From NCBI GenBank assembly GCA_002269645.1, contig NIVC01000981.1:319948-383947 (forward strand): a stretch of 64,000 nt of DNA, in the 5' to 3' direction. The DNA is from Macrostomum lignano (taxonomy: Eukaryota). This document shows positions 12,171 through 24,629 of this stretch, one piece after another. Position numbers and translations under genes: made by a program. Positions within the stretch are counted from its first letter, which is position 1; the number at the start of each line of letters is the position of its first letter. Under the pieces are notes generated by a model. It saw nothing but the letters and a program-made list of their open reading frames with translations. It made no database searches and was not told the origin of the DNA.

Positions 12171-15100
12171 TCAGGCGGTGGAACTCTCCTCCAAGAGATG
12201 TTGCTCGCAATCTTGCAATTGATTTCCATCATCGGACGGCTGAAAGCGCGAAAATATTGCAGTTTAATTATAGAATACTATAATTATACAGACTCTTTCT
12301 GCATAAAAGAGTTTTCTTTGAGAATTTCCATTTCGAGATTTCGTTACATGTTTACATATATTCACCTCAATACATGTAGAAATTTAAAATTACCAGAAAG
12401 AATACCTCGTACTTTACGAATGAGATTCAAATTGGATTCCCCGAATATAATGTCCCAAACGGAATTTCCCGAAAGGGATTCCCCAGTCGGATTCCCCAAT
12501 TGGATTCCCGAATGAGATTTTCCGAATGGAGATTCTCAGAGTAGGATTCCTCAAACAGAAATCCCCCATTAGATTCCCAGAATGGGATCCTCTAATCGAA
12601 TTCCAGGAATGAAATTCCAGAAAATGGAATTCCCCGAACAGGCTTCTCCGAATGAGATTCATCGAATGGGATTCCCCGAACGAGATTCCCCGAATGGGAT
12701 TCCCCGAATGGGATTCCCCGAATGGGATTCCCCGAATGAGATTCCCTGAATGGGATTCCCCAAATGGGATTCCGCGAATGAGATTCCACGAATGGGATTT
12801 CCCGAATGGGATTCCCCGAATGAGATTCCCTGAATGGTATTCCCCAAATGGGATTCCGCGAATGAGATTCCACGAATGGGATTTCCCGAATGGGATTCCC
12901 CGAATGGGATTCCCCGAATGGGATTCCCCAGATGAATGAAATAATCCGTAAAGAATTCTCCGAATTAGATTACTCAAGTCGATTTCCCAATTGAGACTTC
13001 CGAATAGGATTCCCTTGAGCTTCATGCTAAAAAGATGTAAGTCCCCAGATTGAAATCCCCTCGCTCACCTCTCTCATCTGAGCCTCTTCCTCCCAGTCGG
13101 GTTGCGCTGGTACGGGGATCACCAACTCGACTCCATCGGAGGCCGCATCGTCAACCTCGCCATCAGCGACAGTCAAAGCTACGGTAGACTTGGATCGCAT
13201 CCGTTTATTAGCGAACCATTTCTTCACCTGAGCATAGTTCAATCCGGTGAGAGCCGATAGCGCCTTGGTGTCCTCCCCAGTCGGGTAGGGCTTGTCGCTG
13301 TGCTCGCAGAACCACTTCAACAGCTGGCGATTCTGAGTCGGAGTAAAATTCTGACGCTGAGTTTTGCCCTGCGACTGTGGCGAGTCCGCTCGCTGCTGCT
13401 CGGAGTCGACTGTAGCCGTGTCCAGCGTCGGGTCCTTCAACGACGGGCTGCTCTGATGACTGCGACCGCGAGCGCCGCGAGCACCTCCGGCTCGTTGTCG
13501 ATTTTGTCGCCGGATGCGCCCGGCTGACCGCTTTGAATTCGATGAAGAAGCGGCTGCTGACTGCTGCTGCTGCTGCTGCTGAAGAGACGCCAAGAGTTTT
13601 GCTTCCTTCACCGATAAGTCCAACACTGATGAGGCAAAGTCTTCCTGCGACTGCGGCTGCTGCTTCGGTTCCACGGCTGTCACTGGGAGCTGGCAGAGGG
13701 TTTGATTGGCAATTGGCCAAAAATAAATATCACTATCTAGCATAGTGATAGTAGTGTAGCAGCATACTATAAGGATAGATTTTTAATGGAAAATAAAATT
13801 GAAAATGAAACCAGTTTTTATTTATTCTCCAAGTTTCAGTTGGACGATTTCTTAGATCAATCTAACCCACGCTCACCTTCTCCCTCTCACTTTTGTCCCT
13901 CACATCACCCTCTCGCCCTCACCCTCACTCTCACCCTCTCTCTCATCCTCTCTCTCACTCTTACCCTCTCTCTCACCCTCTCTCTCACTCTCACCCTCTC
14001 TCTCATCCTCTCTCTTACTCTTACCCTCTCTCTCACCCTCTCTCTCACTCTCACCCCCTCTTTCCTTCATCCTCACCCTCTCCCTTAACCTCTCCCTCAC
14101 CCTCTTCCTCTCCCTCACCCTCTCTCTCAGCCTCACCCTCTCCCTCTCCCTCACCCTCTCACTCTCTCCCACCCTCTTCCTCACCTGCAGTGCCGAAGGG
14201 GTGGCGGCTCCCAGCTGCATAGCGGTGGCACCATTGAAGCTCAGGCTGTGAAGCGGCGCCCCGGTCACGGCAGTCACAGCGGCAGCAGACGTGAGCAGCT
14301 GATGATGAAGATGCTGCTGCTGCTGCTGCTGCTGCTGAGTGAGTCTGGCCGCCTCCCACAGTTTAAACGGCAGGTAAAGTCCAGATGAAATTGCCAGAGC
14401 TGTGGTGCCGGTTGCTGGGTAGTTGCCAATGGCTAGAACGGTGGTGTCAGTTCTCTGTGACGGAGACTGCAGCAGATTCTGCTGTTGCTGTGGTAGAAAT
14501 TTCTGATGCTGCTGTCTGTTGCTTTTATTTGCCTGTCTCACAACCAGCTGCTGCTGTTGGCTGCTACTTCGAATTAAGTTCAGGTTCTCAGCGACGCCGT
14601 TTCTGGGATGGAACTCCAGCGATGGCAGCGGCTGAGCAGTGGTGTCAGCTTCAGCTCTCACTGCTGGCTGACTCTCAGGCCCTTGGCTGGGATCGGTTGG
14701 CAACTTTTCCTGAGGAGTTTAATGGAATTGAATATGCGGGACACCTGTTTTCGGTACAGCTGGTGGTTTGGTAGAGTAGACATAAGAGAAATTAGAGTAG
14801 ACATTGTTAGAGGTGAGAGTAGACACTGTCAGAGTGGTGAGAGTAGACATTGTCAGAGAGGTGAGAGTAGACACTGTCAGAGAGGTGAGAGTAGACATTG
14901 TCAGAGAGGTGAGAGTAGACATTGTCAGAGAGGTGAGATAGATATTGTCAGAGAGGTGAGAGTAGACATTGTCAGAGAGGTGAGAGTATGTCAGAGAGGT
15001 GAGAGTAGACACTGTCAGAGAGGTGAGAGTAGACATTGCCAGAGCCCTCACCGGAACTGTCAGTTTCCGCTTTCTTGATCCGGTAGCAATGCTTGGTGAT

Positions 15101-16067
15101 GCCTGCTGCTTCAAAGCGGAGTCCTGCATTTTCTGCTCCTGGCCTGCTGGTGCTCCATAATTTCCTGGCAGCTTTAAGTCTCGAACCACAAGCAAATCAT
15201 CTTCTTGCTGCAACAAAAATGTTTCAAGTTGAAATGCAGCTGAAAAGTCAGCAACTTTCTCTCTGAGAGCCTTTTTAAAATTTTTGGTAGTGCCCCATTG
15301 TGTCTGTTGGTGGTGCCTCATTGTGTCTGTTGAGGGGCCTCATTGTGTCTGTTAGGGGGCCTCATTGTCTGTTGATGGTGCTTCATTGTGTCTGTTGTGG
15401 GGGCCTCATTGTGTCTGTTGTGGGGGCCTCATTGTGTCTGTTGAGGGCGCCTCATTGTGTCTGTTGTGGGTGCCTCATTGTGTCTATTGAGGGGCCTCAT
15501 TGTGTCTATTGAGGGGCCTCATTGTGTCTATTGAGGGGCCTCATTGTGTCTATTGAGGGGCCTCATTGTGTCTATTGAGGGGCCTCATTGTGTCTATTGA
15601 GGGGCCTCATTGTGTCTGTTGTCGGCATTAGAGCCTATAGTTACCAATAGGATCTAAGGGAGAAAGAAGGCAGCAGTCACTCCCTGCACATTCTCATTGG
15701 CTGATGCTACACTGATTGATCCTTTTCATCAGTTTGCTCAAATTATTCGAAATTCTAAGAACAGCCACCGCCTCACCTGACGCGACTCGGCACCGTGAAA
15801 CACGGCGGCGTGCTCCAACATCAGGCACTTCTGCGTTGACACGGAGTCGCACAGCTTGCAGCGGTACAACTTCAGCTGGTTAACGGATTCTGCGCCAGCG
15901 TCGGCGGATGGCGGCTCCGGGTGAGCGCCGGTCACGTGGTCGATCAAGACGCTCTCCTGCAGGCACATGTAGGGACAGCTGGGACAGCAGAGAACGTGGA
16001 TCAGGGGCTTCGGAGATGACGGCAGCAATTTGCTGGAATTATTGTTTGGCTCGGAGTCCACTGTCAT
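12171..16067 (-). CDS. Protein with two C2H2 zinc fingers and a TALE-class homeodomain (at least 553 aa)
   Basis: Exons 16067-15777, 15207-15052, 14709-14185, 13689-13069 and 12239-12171; all GT-AG phase-0 introns joining in one open frame. Fingers CPSC-x12-HVTGAH and CKLC-x12-HAAVFH. Homeodomain RQNF...HSDKPYPT...QVKKWFANKRMRSK with the PYP loop. Confidence 0.8.
12460..12935. repeat. Minisatellite, 14-15 bp unit (GATTCCCCGAATGG), in the last intron of the ZF-TALE gene
   Basis: Tandem units are visible directly. Confidence 0.9.
13880..14180. repeat. Pyrimidine-rich CT/CACCCT low-complexity repeat in a ZF-TALE intron
   Basis: Degenerate (CTCTCTCACCCT)n. Confidence 0.85.
14778..15045. repeat. 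Minisatellite, 24 bp unit (GAGAGGTGAGAGTAGACATTGTCA), intronic
   Basis: Tandem units between exons 15052 and 14709. Confidence 0.9.
15295..15620. repeat. Minisatellite, 22 bp unit (CCTCATTGTGTCTATTGAGGGG), intronic
   Basis: Tandem units between exons 15777 and 15207. Confidence 0.9.
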
Positions 16068-16128
16068 GACTGCTGCTGTGTTTGTTGATCAAGCAGACTG
16101 CTTCTGTGTGATTCAGCAATGCAGACAC

Positions 16129-16776
16129 CGTCAATTGCGATGGGATGGCATTTTATGGGTTGAGGCGGGGGGGGGGGCAGCCTTTGGATCCTCCACTTCA
16201 GTCTCTGGTGGCATGGCGGGTTCAGCGCTTGGTTCCAGCTTCCTCCATCCAATCCTCCAACTTCACCTCTCTCCCCTATCCCTTCCTCCACCCTCGGATC
16301 ACCTTTGCTATTTTGCGGCAAGCGAGACGAGATGGAGCTGAAGCAGAAGCTGAGAGAGAGATAAGAGGAGGATGGGGAGGACTGCGGTCCCGCATAGGTT
16401 TGGAGGTGATGGGGTGGGGGCAAGAGAGAAAGGGAAAACGGACCCCGCGACCCCCCTCGAACACGAGCTATGCAGCTCGATCCCCAGCGCTTGGGAGCTC
16501 CGCTTCTCCCAAAAACGCTTGTGTGGAGGGTTATTCATCAGAGGAGGAAAGCCGTTTTGTCTGGGAGCATGGATCCTCTTAGTAAGCTTACGTCTAGGAG
16601 AGGATAGGAAGAATTCGGGAGACAAGGCTGAGGAGTTTCCAAACCCCCCACACACAACTGCGCCTTCTGCACACGGAGCGATCGATAAAATCTAAACTCT
16701 CACTATACTGCAGGAAGCCTGATGCTGGAAACCCATCACCATCAGTTGTTGCTTGTGGAGCCTCCTCGTATAGCAT
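16129..16776 (-). CDS. Possible additional 5' coding exons of the ZF-TALE gene
   Basis: ATG 16776 with donor GTGAG at 16703; open protein-like frames at 16655-16308 and 16423-16064; a weak 53-nt GT-AG intron 16128-16076 would join the ZF frame. Splicing is not uniquely resolvable. Confidence 0.35.
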
Positions 16777-18938
16777 CGTTAGATTAGATTTTGTACATGC
16801 ACAGGTAGCTGCAGCTCGAGACTTTGGGGCTGACTCGAAGGGATGCAGAGCTGATACGAGACTAGACTATAAGAGCTGCTACACATGTAGATGCCAGGAA
16901 AGAGAGTAAAAATAAGTGAAAAATTCGATCATTTCTTTATGTTCAACTGCAGATTCATTAGTCAACACCGGCCTTTTTGAATGAGAACTGTTAATAATTA
17001 ACTTGTGACACCTGTACATATGTACGAATTGTATTGTACAGCTGAGGCTATATTGTAGTACATGTAGTGTACAAATGCATTTACAAATTTAAAAAATGTA
17101 AAATTATGTCACACCAAAAACCTATAATAACCTTATGCATGTGTATTCATTGTAAAGTGTATTGTGCAGTCCAATTTTCGTCGGATACTTCATTGAGAAA
17201 GTCAGTTCGGTCATTATGCAGTCACAGATACAGTAGTCTTATAATGAACCTTTACCTTTAATTTAGTCCTTACAGGTGTAGCTAGTACTAGTTGCTGATC
17301 TATAGCTAATTTAATGTGCATGAAGTAGTACATGTAGTCCTTGACTCGTACAAGAAAAATTATATGCATATATATATAAATTTAGATATACGACGTGCTT
17401 ATTCTATTCTTGGTTAATAAGAGAACTGTACACGAGTAACATTATAGCGACTTGTGAGACTGTACACGCGCAGAAACTTTATTCAGCTTTAATGAAGTAA
17501 GTGGAGTGACAAATTTTAGGCAGAATTTTTCACAATGAGCCAAGGGCAACTGATGATTTGGCTAAATCCATATACTAAAAATGTCTGTACTAAATTTGCC
17601 CTTGGCTGCAATGTATGCAATTTATCCAATCCGGACAACAAGTAAAGTCTTCATCGCATCCCAATATTTAAGTTTGATTTTTGCATTCATCGCTTGTACC
17701 ACAGAGCTACTTAGTAACTTCTTCTCTGAATTAATTATAAATGGAGTCGCTTGAACCAAGGAACATTTCTTATAACCAACTAAAAGTTCCCGGAAAATTC
17801 GCGCTTGGTTTAAGTGAAATGACGACGGTCAAGCGTGCACGCCTTAGTGAGACTTGGCCAGGGGACCCACACGGGTTGGATTCAAACCTGATCAGGTTTT
17901 CCCTCCTAGTAGCTTAAATAACACTATATATTAGAGCTACTAGGAAATAGCCTAGGGCGTAACTATATATCCCATTTTTACTTAAATATGTACAGCTGGG
18001 TCGAAGAATTTTATAGTCGTACTTGTAGTGTAGGGCCTAGTTGTAGACAAGACTTGTAGTAGGAGGCTGGTGTAGTTAAACTAACACAGTGACAGTGTGG
18101 GTTCAAATTTATGTACATATCGCAGACATTAGTTAATTATATATTATAAATTAGGTAATTCTACACAATTGTGCATTTTATTTATTAGGCCTAAAATATG
18201 CTCAATAATAATTGAGAAAATTTGTTTTTAGACTTATAATTATGTAGTTGTTTAATTTGTACTTTGTAGTTTTTTTTCTTTTTTAAATTAAGTAGGCCCT
18301 AATAAATCCGTATTTTGCAAAAGCAAAAATATACTAGGCCTAGTTTAGTATTATTGATCCAAATTGAAGATGCCAATTGCCAAAATGAAAGAGATCTAGT
18401 AGCCTAGTATATGTTTTTAGTGGGCCTATATAAATATCTATGAAAAATTGTGGCTTAAAAATATAGGCCCATTTCATAAATGTTTATCATTTTTGTTTAT
18501 TAATGGTTTTTTGACAACATGCTTATATTCAATTTGTTCATATGGCAACGTGCAAAATCATTTTAAATATGAATTTATAAATACTAACTAAAAAACATAT
18601 AATGTCCTAACATCGGCAATCCTTCAGTTTATAATCACTGTCTATTTTGCCAGTTCCGGTTTATGATCACCTTATATTTTGCTTATTGCAATGCAAAACT
18701 GGCATGTTAAAAACTAAGACATAAAAACTAATGGTAGTTTCAAATGAAAAGAAAGCAAAATTTTGCTGATCAACTAGGCCTAATTTATTTAAAATTGAAA
18801 AGATTGTACATCAGTTCACTAGTAGCTTATATATATCACCTTTGGTTTACAAACATCCAAAGCTGGCTGTAGGAAAGCATGTCAAGATTGTCAACCCTAG
18901 CTTAGTATAATTAATCTTTAGCGCCGCATCCCCCCCCC

Positions 18939-19109
18939 TCACTTTTGGTTTATGATCACTTCCACACATGCACTCCATTGAAATGATTGTGAACCAAAGC
19001 TGGTTATAGGAAAGCATGTTAACCCTTAGTACACTTTCTTATGGCCAGCTTTAGTTCATGATCATTTTAATGGAGTGCATGTGTGGAAGTGATCATAAAC
19101 CAAAAGTGA
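18939..19109. repeat. Long near-perfect inverted repeat (fold-back, ~70 bp arms)
   Basis: TCACTTTTGGTTTATGATCACTTCCACACATGCACTCCATT... pairs with ...AATGGAGTGCATGTGTGGAAGTGATCATAAACCAAAAGTGA; degenerate partial copies near 18654 and 18836. Confidence 0.85.
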
Positions 19110-19241
19110 AATATATGACAATCTTATCATCTTTTGAAATAAACAAAGTTAGTTTGCCAATATTTGATTTTGTTTCATTGGAAATTATGGATTTTATGTC
19201 TTATAATACAACTGTTATTTTTGTGGTGATCGTCACTGTTT

Positions 19242-19600
19242 TTTTTATTACAGGCAGGGGGGTTGTGTGCACCCTGGCGCAATTTAAGCGACATTGTCAC
19301 ACAACCGGCGAGAGGCATTACTGCCCATTCCACCGACTCCCCTGAGCAGGCATACAAGCGCGCGGATACGTTACGCAGGCACACACTCACACAGGAGTGT
19401 ACAGCGGCCCTAACTTTATCAATTGTTAGGCATGTACACTTCACTGCACATTGGGGGGTTGGCTCTCAAGGCCGTTAATTGCACAAGCGAACCAAGCCAA
19501 GATTCCAATCCAGCCCCAAATTAATGTGGCTGCACTTGGAATCGAGCCTGGGTTGCAGCACACCAGAGCAGCTGCGCTACCGCTGGGCTACGGCCCCCGC
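19242..19600 (-). mobile_element. tRNA-derived SINE with a 14-bp TSD
   Basis: Minus-strand head GGGGCCGTAGCCCAGCGGTAG (A box) ... GGCTCGATTCC (B box); A-rich tail; TSD GATCGTCACTGTTT at 19228-19241 and 19601-19614. Confidence 0.85.
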
Positions 19601-20529
19601 GATCGTCACTGTTTAAGGTGATTGTCACTGTTTGGGATGATTGTAAACTGAAGGATTGCCCTAATATCTTCTTTGTATTATTATAAATGGTTAAAATATT
19701 CCCATGGCCATGGGCATGCATGGTCATATGCTATAGTCAATTCCATTATTGGCATATATAATATATAAAAAATGAGCTACTTCATACTTAGAAAAATAGT
19801 TTAATTAGATTTTAGTTAAAAAAGCTCTTTTAAATGTAAAAAAAACTATAATAAAAATGATTGGCCTATACTATGCAATTCTACTAAAAAAGGTAAGACT
19901 AAAACATACAAGCTATTTGGTATATTTTTGCTATTTATGGATAGAAAGTTGTAAGAATAAGTAAGTCAATTAAGCCTAAATAGTAAGAAATAAGCTTTTG
20001 ACATAATATGTAGTTTACAATATAAAAATTCTTATTATTTTTAGATTATTAAGTGCATTAATAACAAATGTTATATATTGAACAAGCTTGCAAATTTTAA
20101 AAGTGATTTCTTTAAAGACTTCTAGGCTTTTGCTTATGCTAGATATAGTCTTAGAATCTAAGGTATCAATTGTTAAGATAAGCTATTCAAAGTTATAGAA
20201 TTGCAAAACTAGGTCAGTCAAATATTTATAGATAGTATTAGTACACTATGTTTAGTAATAAAGTATTTTCCTTGATCTCTGCTACTTGGGCTAGCTAGTC
20301 ATAATCAATAAACAATTTATTAAAACAAAGCTCAAAACTTTTTTGTTCTTTAGTTATAATAATATATTAGATTTTTAGTAATCTACTAGCAATCTTCGCC
20401 CCCCGATGGGGGACATCTGGATAGAATCTCTGTTCTATACAAGTAACAAAAAAACAGCCAAAAATCCTTCAAAAAGACAACAGACAAACTGCTCAAATGA
20501 AGTGCATTGCAAAAAGAAATCATCCCAAG

Positions 20530-21090
20530 ACCGCAAGCATCCCCCAGATAGCAAGCATCCCCAAGATAGCAAGCATCCCCCAGATAGCAAGCATCCCCAA
20601 GATAGCAAGCATCCCCCAGATAGCAAGCGTCCCCCAGATAGCAAGCATCCCCCAGATAGCAAGCATCCCTCAGATAGCAAGCATCCCCCAGATTGCAAGC
20701 ATCCCCCAGATAGCAAGCATCCCCTGGATAGCAAGCATCCCCCGGATAGCAAGCATCCCCCGGATAGCAAGCATCCCCCAGAAAGCAAGCATCCCCCGGA
20801 TAGCAAGCATCCCCCGGATAGCAAGCATCCCCCAGAAAGCAAGCATCCCCCAGATAGCAAGCATCCCTCAGATAGCAAGCATCCCCCAGATAGCAAGCAT
20901 CTCCCAGATAGCAAGCATCCCCCAGATAGCAGGCATCCCCCAGATAGCAAGCATCCCCCAGATAGCAGGCATCCCCCAGATAGCAAGCATCCCCCAGATA
21001 GCAGGTATCCCCCAGATAGCAAGCATCCCCCAGATAGCAAGCATCCCCAAGATAGCAAGCATCCCCAAGATAGATAGCATCCCCAAATAG
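20530..21090. repeat. Minisatellite, 18 bp unit (CCCAGATAGCAAGCATCC)
   Basis: Tandem units; the repeat ORFs in several frames are artefacts. Confidence 0.95.
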
Positions 21091-21199
21091 TAAGCATCCA
21101 CCAGACAATAAGTAGCTAGTGCGACAATTTCCTTAGCATTATAGCGGCTCCTTTAAAATTCGCTTACTTTTACGTTTGAAATTGTGTATCTTTTATGTT

Positions 21200-23745
21200 T
21201 AACAGGGTGGCTCTTTTATGTTATACATTGTGGCTCTTTTATGTTATACATTGTGGCTCTTTTTTGTTCTACGCTCGTACATGGTAACTCTTTTATGTTT
21301 GATACGGTGGCTTTTCAATGTCTGACATGGTGGCTCTTCTATGTTTGACATGGGGGCTCTTCTATGTTTGACATGGGGGCTCTTCTATGTTTGACATGGG
21401 AGCTCTTCTATGTTTGACAAAGTGGCTTTTTAATGTTTGACATGGTGGCTCTATTATGTTTGACATGGTGGCTCTTTTATGTTCGACATGGTGGCTCTTT
21501 AATGTTTGACATGGGGTCTCTTCAATGTTTGACATGGAGTTACGTATATGTTTGACATGGTGGCTCTTTAATGTTTTACATGGTGGCACTTTCATGTTTG
21601 ACCTGGTGGCTCTTTAATATTTGACATGGTGGCTCTTTTATGTTTGACATGGTGGCTCTTTTATCTTTGACATGGTGGCTCTGTAATGTTCGACATGGAG
21701 TCATGTATATGTTCACATGGTAGCTCTTAAATGTTTGACATGGTGGCTCTTTTATGTTCGACATGGCATCATGTATATGTTTGACATGGTGGCTCTTAAA
21801 TGTTCGACATAGTGGCTCTATAATGTTTGACATGGTGGCTCTTCAATGTTTGACATGGTGGCTCTTTAATGTTCGACATGGCGTCATGTATATGTTTGAC
21901 ATGGTAGCTCTTGAATGTTCAACATGGAGTCATGTATATGTTTGACATGGTGGCTCTTAAATGTTCGACATGGTGGCTTTTTAATGTTTGACATAGTGTC
22001 TCTTTAATGTTTGACATGGAGTCATGTATATGTTTGACATGGTGGCTCTTTAATGTTAGACACGGTGGCTCTTTTATGTTTTGCATGGTGGCTCTTTTAT
22101 GTTCGGCATGGTGTCTCTTCAATGTTTGACATGGCGTCATGTATATGTTTGACATGGATGCTCTTGTATTTTTAACATGTTGACTCTTTAATGTTCGAAA
22201 TGGTGGCTCTTTAATGTCTAACATGGAGTCACGTATATGTTTGACATGGAGTCATGCATATGCCTGATATGGTAGCTCTTTAATGTTTTACATGGAGTCA
22301 CGTATATGTTTCACATGGTGGCTATTTTATGTTTGACATGGTGGTTCTTAAATGTTCGACATGGTGGCTCTTTAATGTTTTACATGGTGGCACTTTCATG
22401 TTTGACCTGGTGGCTCTTTTATGTTTGACATGGTGGCTCTTTAATATTTGACATGGTGGCCCTTTTATGTTTGACATGGTGGCTCTTCAATGTTTGACAT
22501 GGAGTCATGTATATGTTTGACCTGGTGGCTCTTTAATGTTTGACATGGTGGCTCTTTAATGTTTTACATGGTGGCACTTTCATGTTTGACCTGGTGGCTC
22601 TTTAATGTTCGACATGGTCGCTCTTTAATGTTCGACATGGTGGCCCTTTAATGTTCGACATGGTGTCGCTTCAATGTTTGACATGGAGTTACGTATATGT
22701 TTTACATGGTGGCTCTTTTATGTTCGACATGGCATCATGTATATGTTTGACATGGTAGCTCTTGAATGTTCAACATGGAGTCATGTATATGTTTGACATG
22801 GTAGCTCTAAAATGTTCAACATGGAGTCATGTATATGTTTGACATGGTGGCTCTTAAATGTTTGACATGGTGGCTCTTTAATGTTTGACATAGTGTCTCT
22901 TTAATGTTTGACATGGAGTCATGTATATGTTTGACATGGTAGCTCTTGAATGTTCGACACAAAGTCATGTATATGTTTGCCATGGTGGCTCTTTAATGTT
23001 AGACATGGTGTCTCTTCAATGTTTGACATGGAGTCATGTATATGTTTGACATGGTGGCTCTTGTATTTTTAACATGTTGGCTTTATAATGTTCGACATGG
23101 TGGCTCTTTAATGTCTAACATGGAGTCACGTATATGTTTGACATGGAGTCATGTATATGTCTGATATGGTAGCTCTTTAATGTTTGACATGGAGTCATGT
23201 ATATGTTTGACATGGTAGCTCTTGAATGTTCGACATAGAGTCATGTATATGTTTGCCATGGTGGCTCTTTAATGTTAGACATGGTGGCTCTTTAATATTT
23301 GACATGGTGGCCCTTTAATATTTGACATGGTGGCCCTTTAATGTTCGACATGGTGGCTCTTCAATGTTCGACATGGAGTCATGTATATGTTTGACCTGGT
23401 TGCTCTTTAATGTTTGACATGGTGGCTCTTTAATGTTCGACATGGTGGCTCTTTTAGGTTTGAAATGGTGGCTCTTTAATGTTCGACATGGTGGCTCTTT
23501 TATGTTCGACATGGCGTCATGTATATGTTTGACATGGTAGCTCTTGAATGTTCAACATGGAGTCATGTATATGTTGGACATGGTGGCTCTTTAATGTTCG
23601 ACATGGTGGCTTTTTAATGGTCGACATGGTGGCTCTTTAATGTTCGACATGGTAGCTCTTTAATGGTCGACATGGTGGCTCTTTAATGGTCGACATGGTG
23701 GCTCTTTAATGTTTGACATGGTGGCTCTTTAATGTTTGACATTGT
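21200..23745. repeat. Minisatellite, ~22 bp unit (TGTTTGACATGGTGGCTCTTTAA) with alternating variants
   Basis: About 2.5 kb tandem array. Confidence 0.95.
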
Positions 23746-23802
23746 GCTTTTTTGTGTTTAGCATTTTGTGTTTTTAAGGTTTTTGAATAAAAAAATCTTT
23801 TT

Positions 23803-23869
23803 GCACTACTAAGATTCGAACCCAGGTCGCAGCATTAGCAGTCCAGTCTGTTCGCATCTATGCTATCTC
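23803..23869 (-). pseudogene. Degenerate tRNA-like sequence (SINE head or tRNA-Ser(GCT)-like relic)
   Basis: The minus strand has TAGCATAGATG (A-box-like), TGGACTGCTAAT and GGGTTCGAATC (B box); the stems do not form a clean cloverleaf. Confidence 0.4.
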
Positions 23870-24629
23870 TTGTCTTGAATTGTGGCCCTTATAATTTAAT
23901 TCTTATAGCAAATCAGTTAGAGTAAAAAGTTATGACATAATCAATTTCTCAGTCAGCCAGTATCAGTGTCAATTTAAGTTAGCAATATTGTTACGCAATT
24001 TAAATCAAGTTTTGTGTGCATTTGTTCGGCACTGTTTTCAACTGGTTGTGATGTAATCTTTATCACAATTGGAATTCAGTCAGTCAGTTTTTTCTCTAGC
24101 ATTCTTACAATGCATTTCAGGTCGAAAGAGCTGCTTGACCTTTGCAAAAAAGCATGTTTTTCGAATATTTAATCCCTTTATCATTGAGCAATTTCTTAGC
24201 CAAGATGCATGTATCGTCCCAGGAAAATTTCTGATCGAATGGTGCAAGTTTGAAGAAAATCGGTTGAGCCATTTTTTCTGAAATCTATCGCATACCTACC
24301 TACCTACCCACAGACAACTCATTTTTAGTATATAGGACTAGCAATTTAAGCCCCCCGTTGGGGGGCGCAAGAATGACGCCAAGTGGTTTTTATTTTGGCC
24401 TATGAGTAATAACCTTACTAATTATTAAAAATCCATTAATCAAAACTTACTTTTCCTCATTCTTGGCAAAAATAAATTGCCATGAATCAAAACCTTCACC
24501 AGCCAAAGTTTCCTTCATCAGCCCAAAACCCTTTCTCATTCAGCAAATAGTACTTATCCTTTCAAGCACAAACTCTTAGTGCATTTCGTCATTGGCCTGG
24601 GCATATTCTGGTCCGCAGCAGGAGCTCAA

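Larger units (their letters stand above)
20385..24336 (+). mobile_element. Non-autonomous Helitron/DINE-1/Lep1-like element containing satellite arrays (copy 1)
   Basis: Starts ACTAGCAAT...GCCCCCCGATGGGGG (hairpin); ends with GAAAATCGGTTGAGCC, a short (CCTA)n and TTTAGTATATAGG. Family assignment is by resemblance. Confidence 0.55.

Noticed and set aside
17538-17607. 12-bp stem enclosing CTGATGA (box C/D snoRNA or hammerhead candidate)
   Set aside because: No CTGA D box before the closing stem and no GAAA after stem II.
20386-21108. DSKHPP and GDACYL repeat proteins
   Set aside because: The 18-bp unit keeps several frames open on both strands; there is no unique coding context or splice support.
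23803-23869. Functional tRNA-Ser gene
   Set aside because: The acceptor and D stems do not pair and the variable arm is missing; kept only as a tRNA-like relic.
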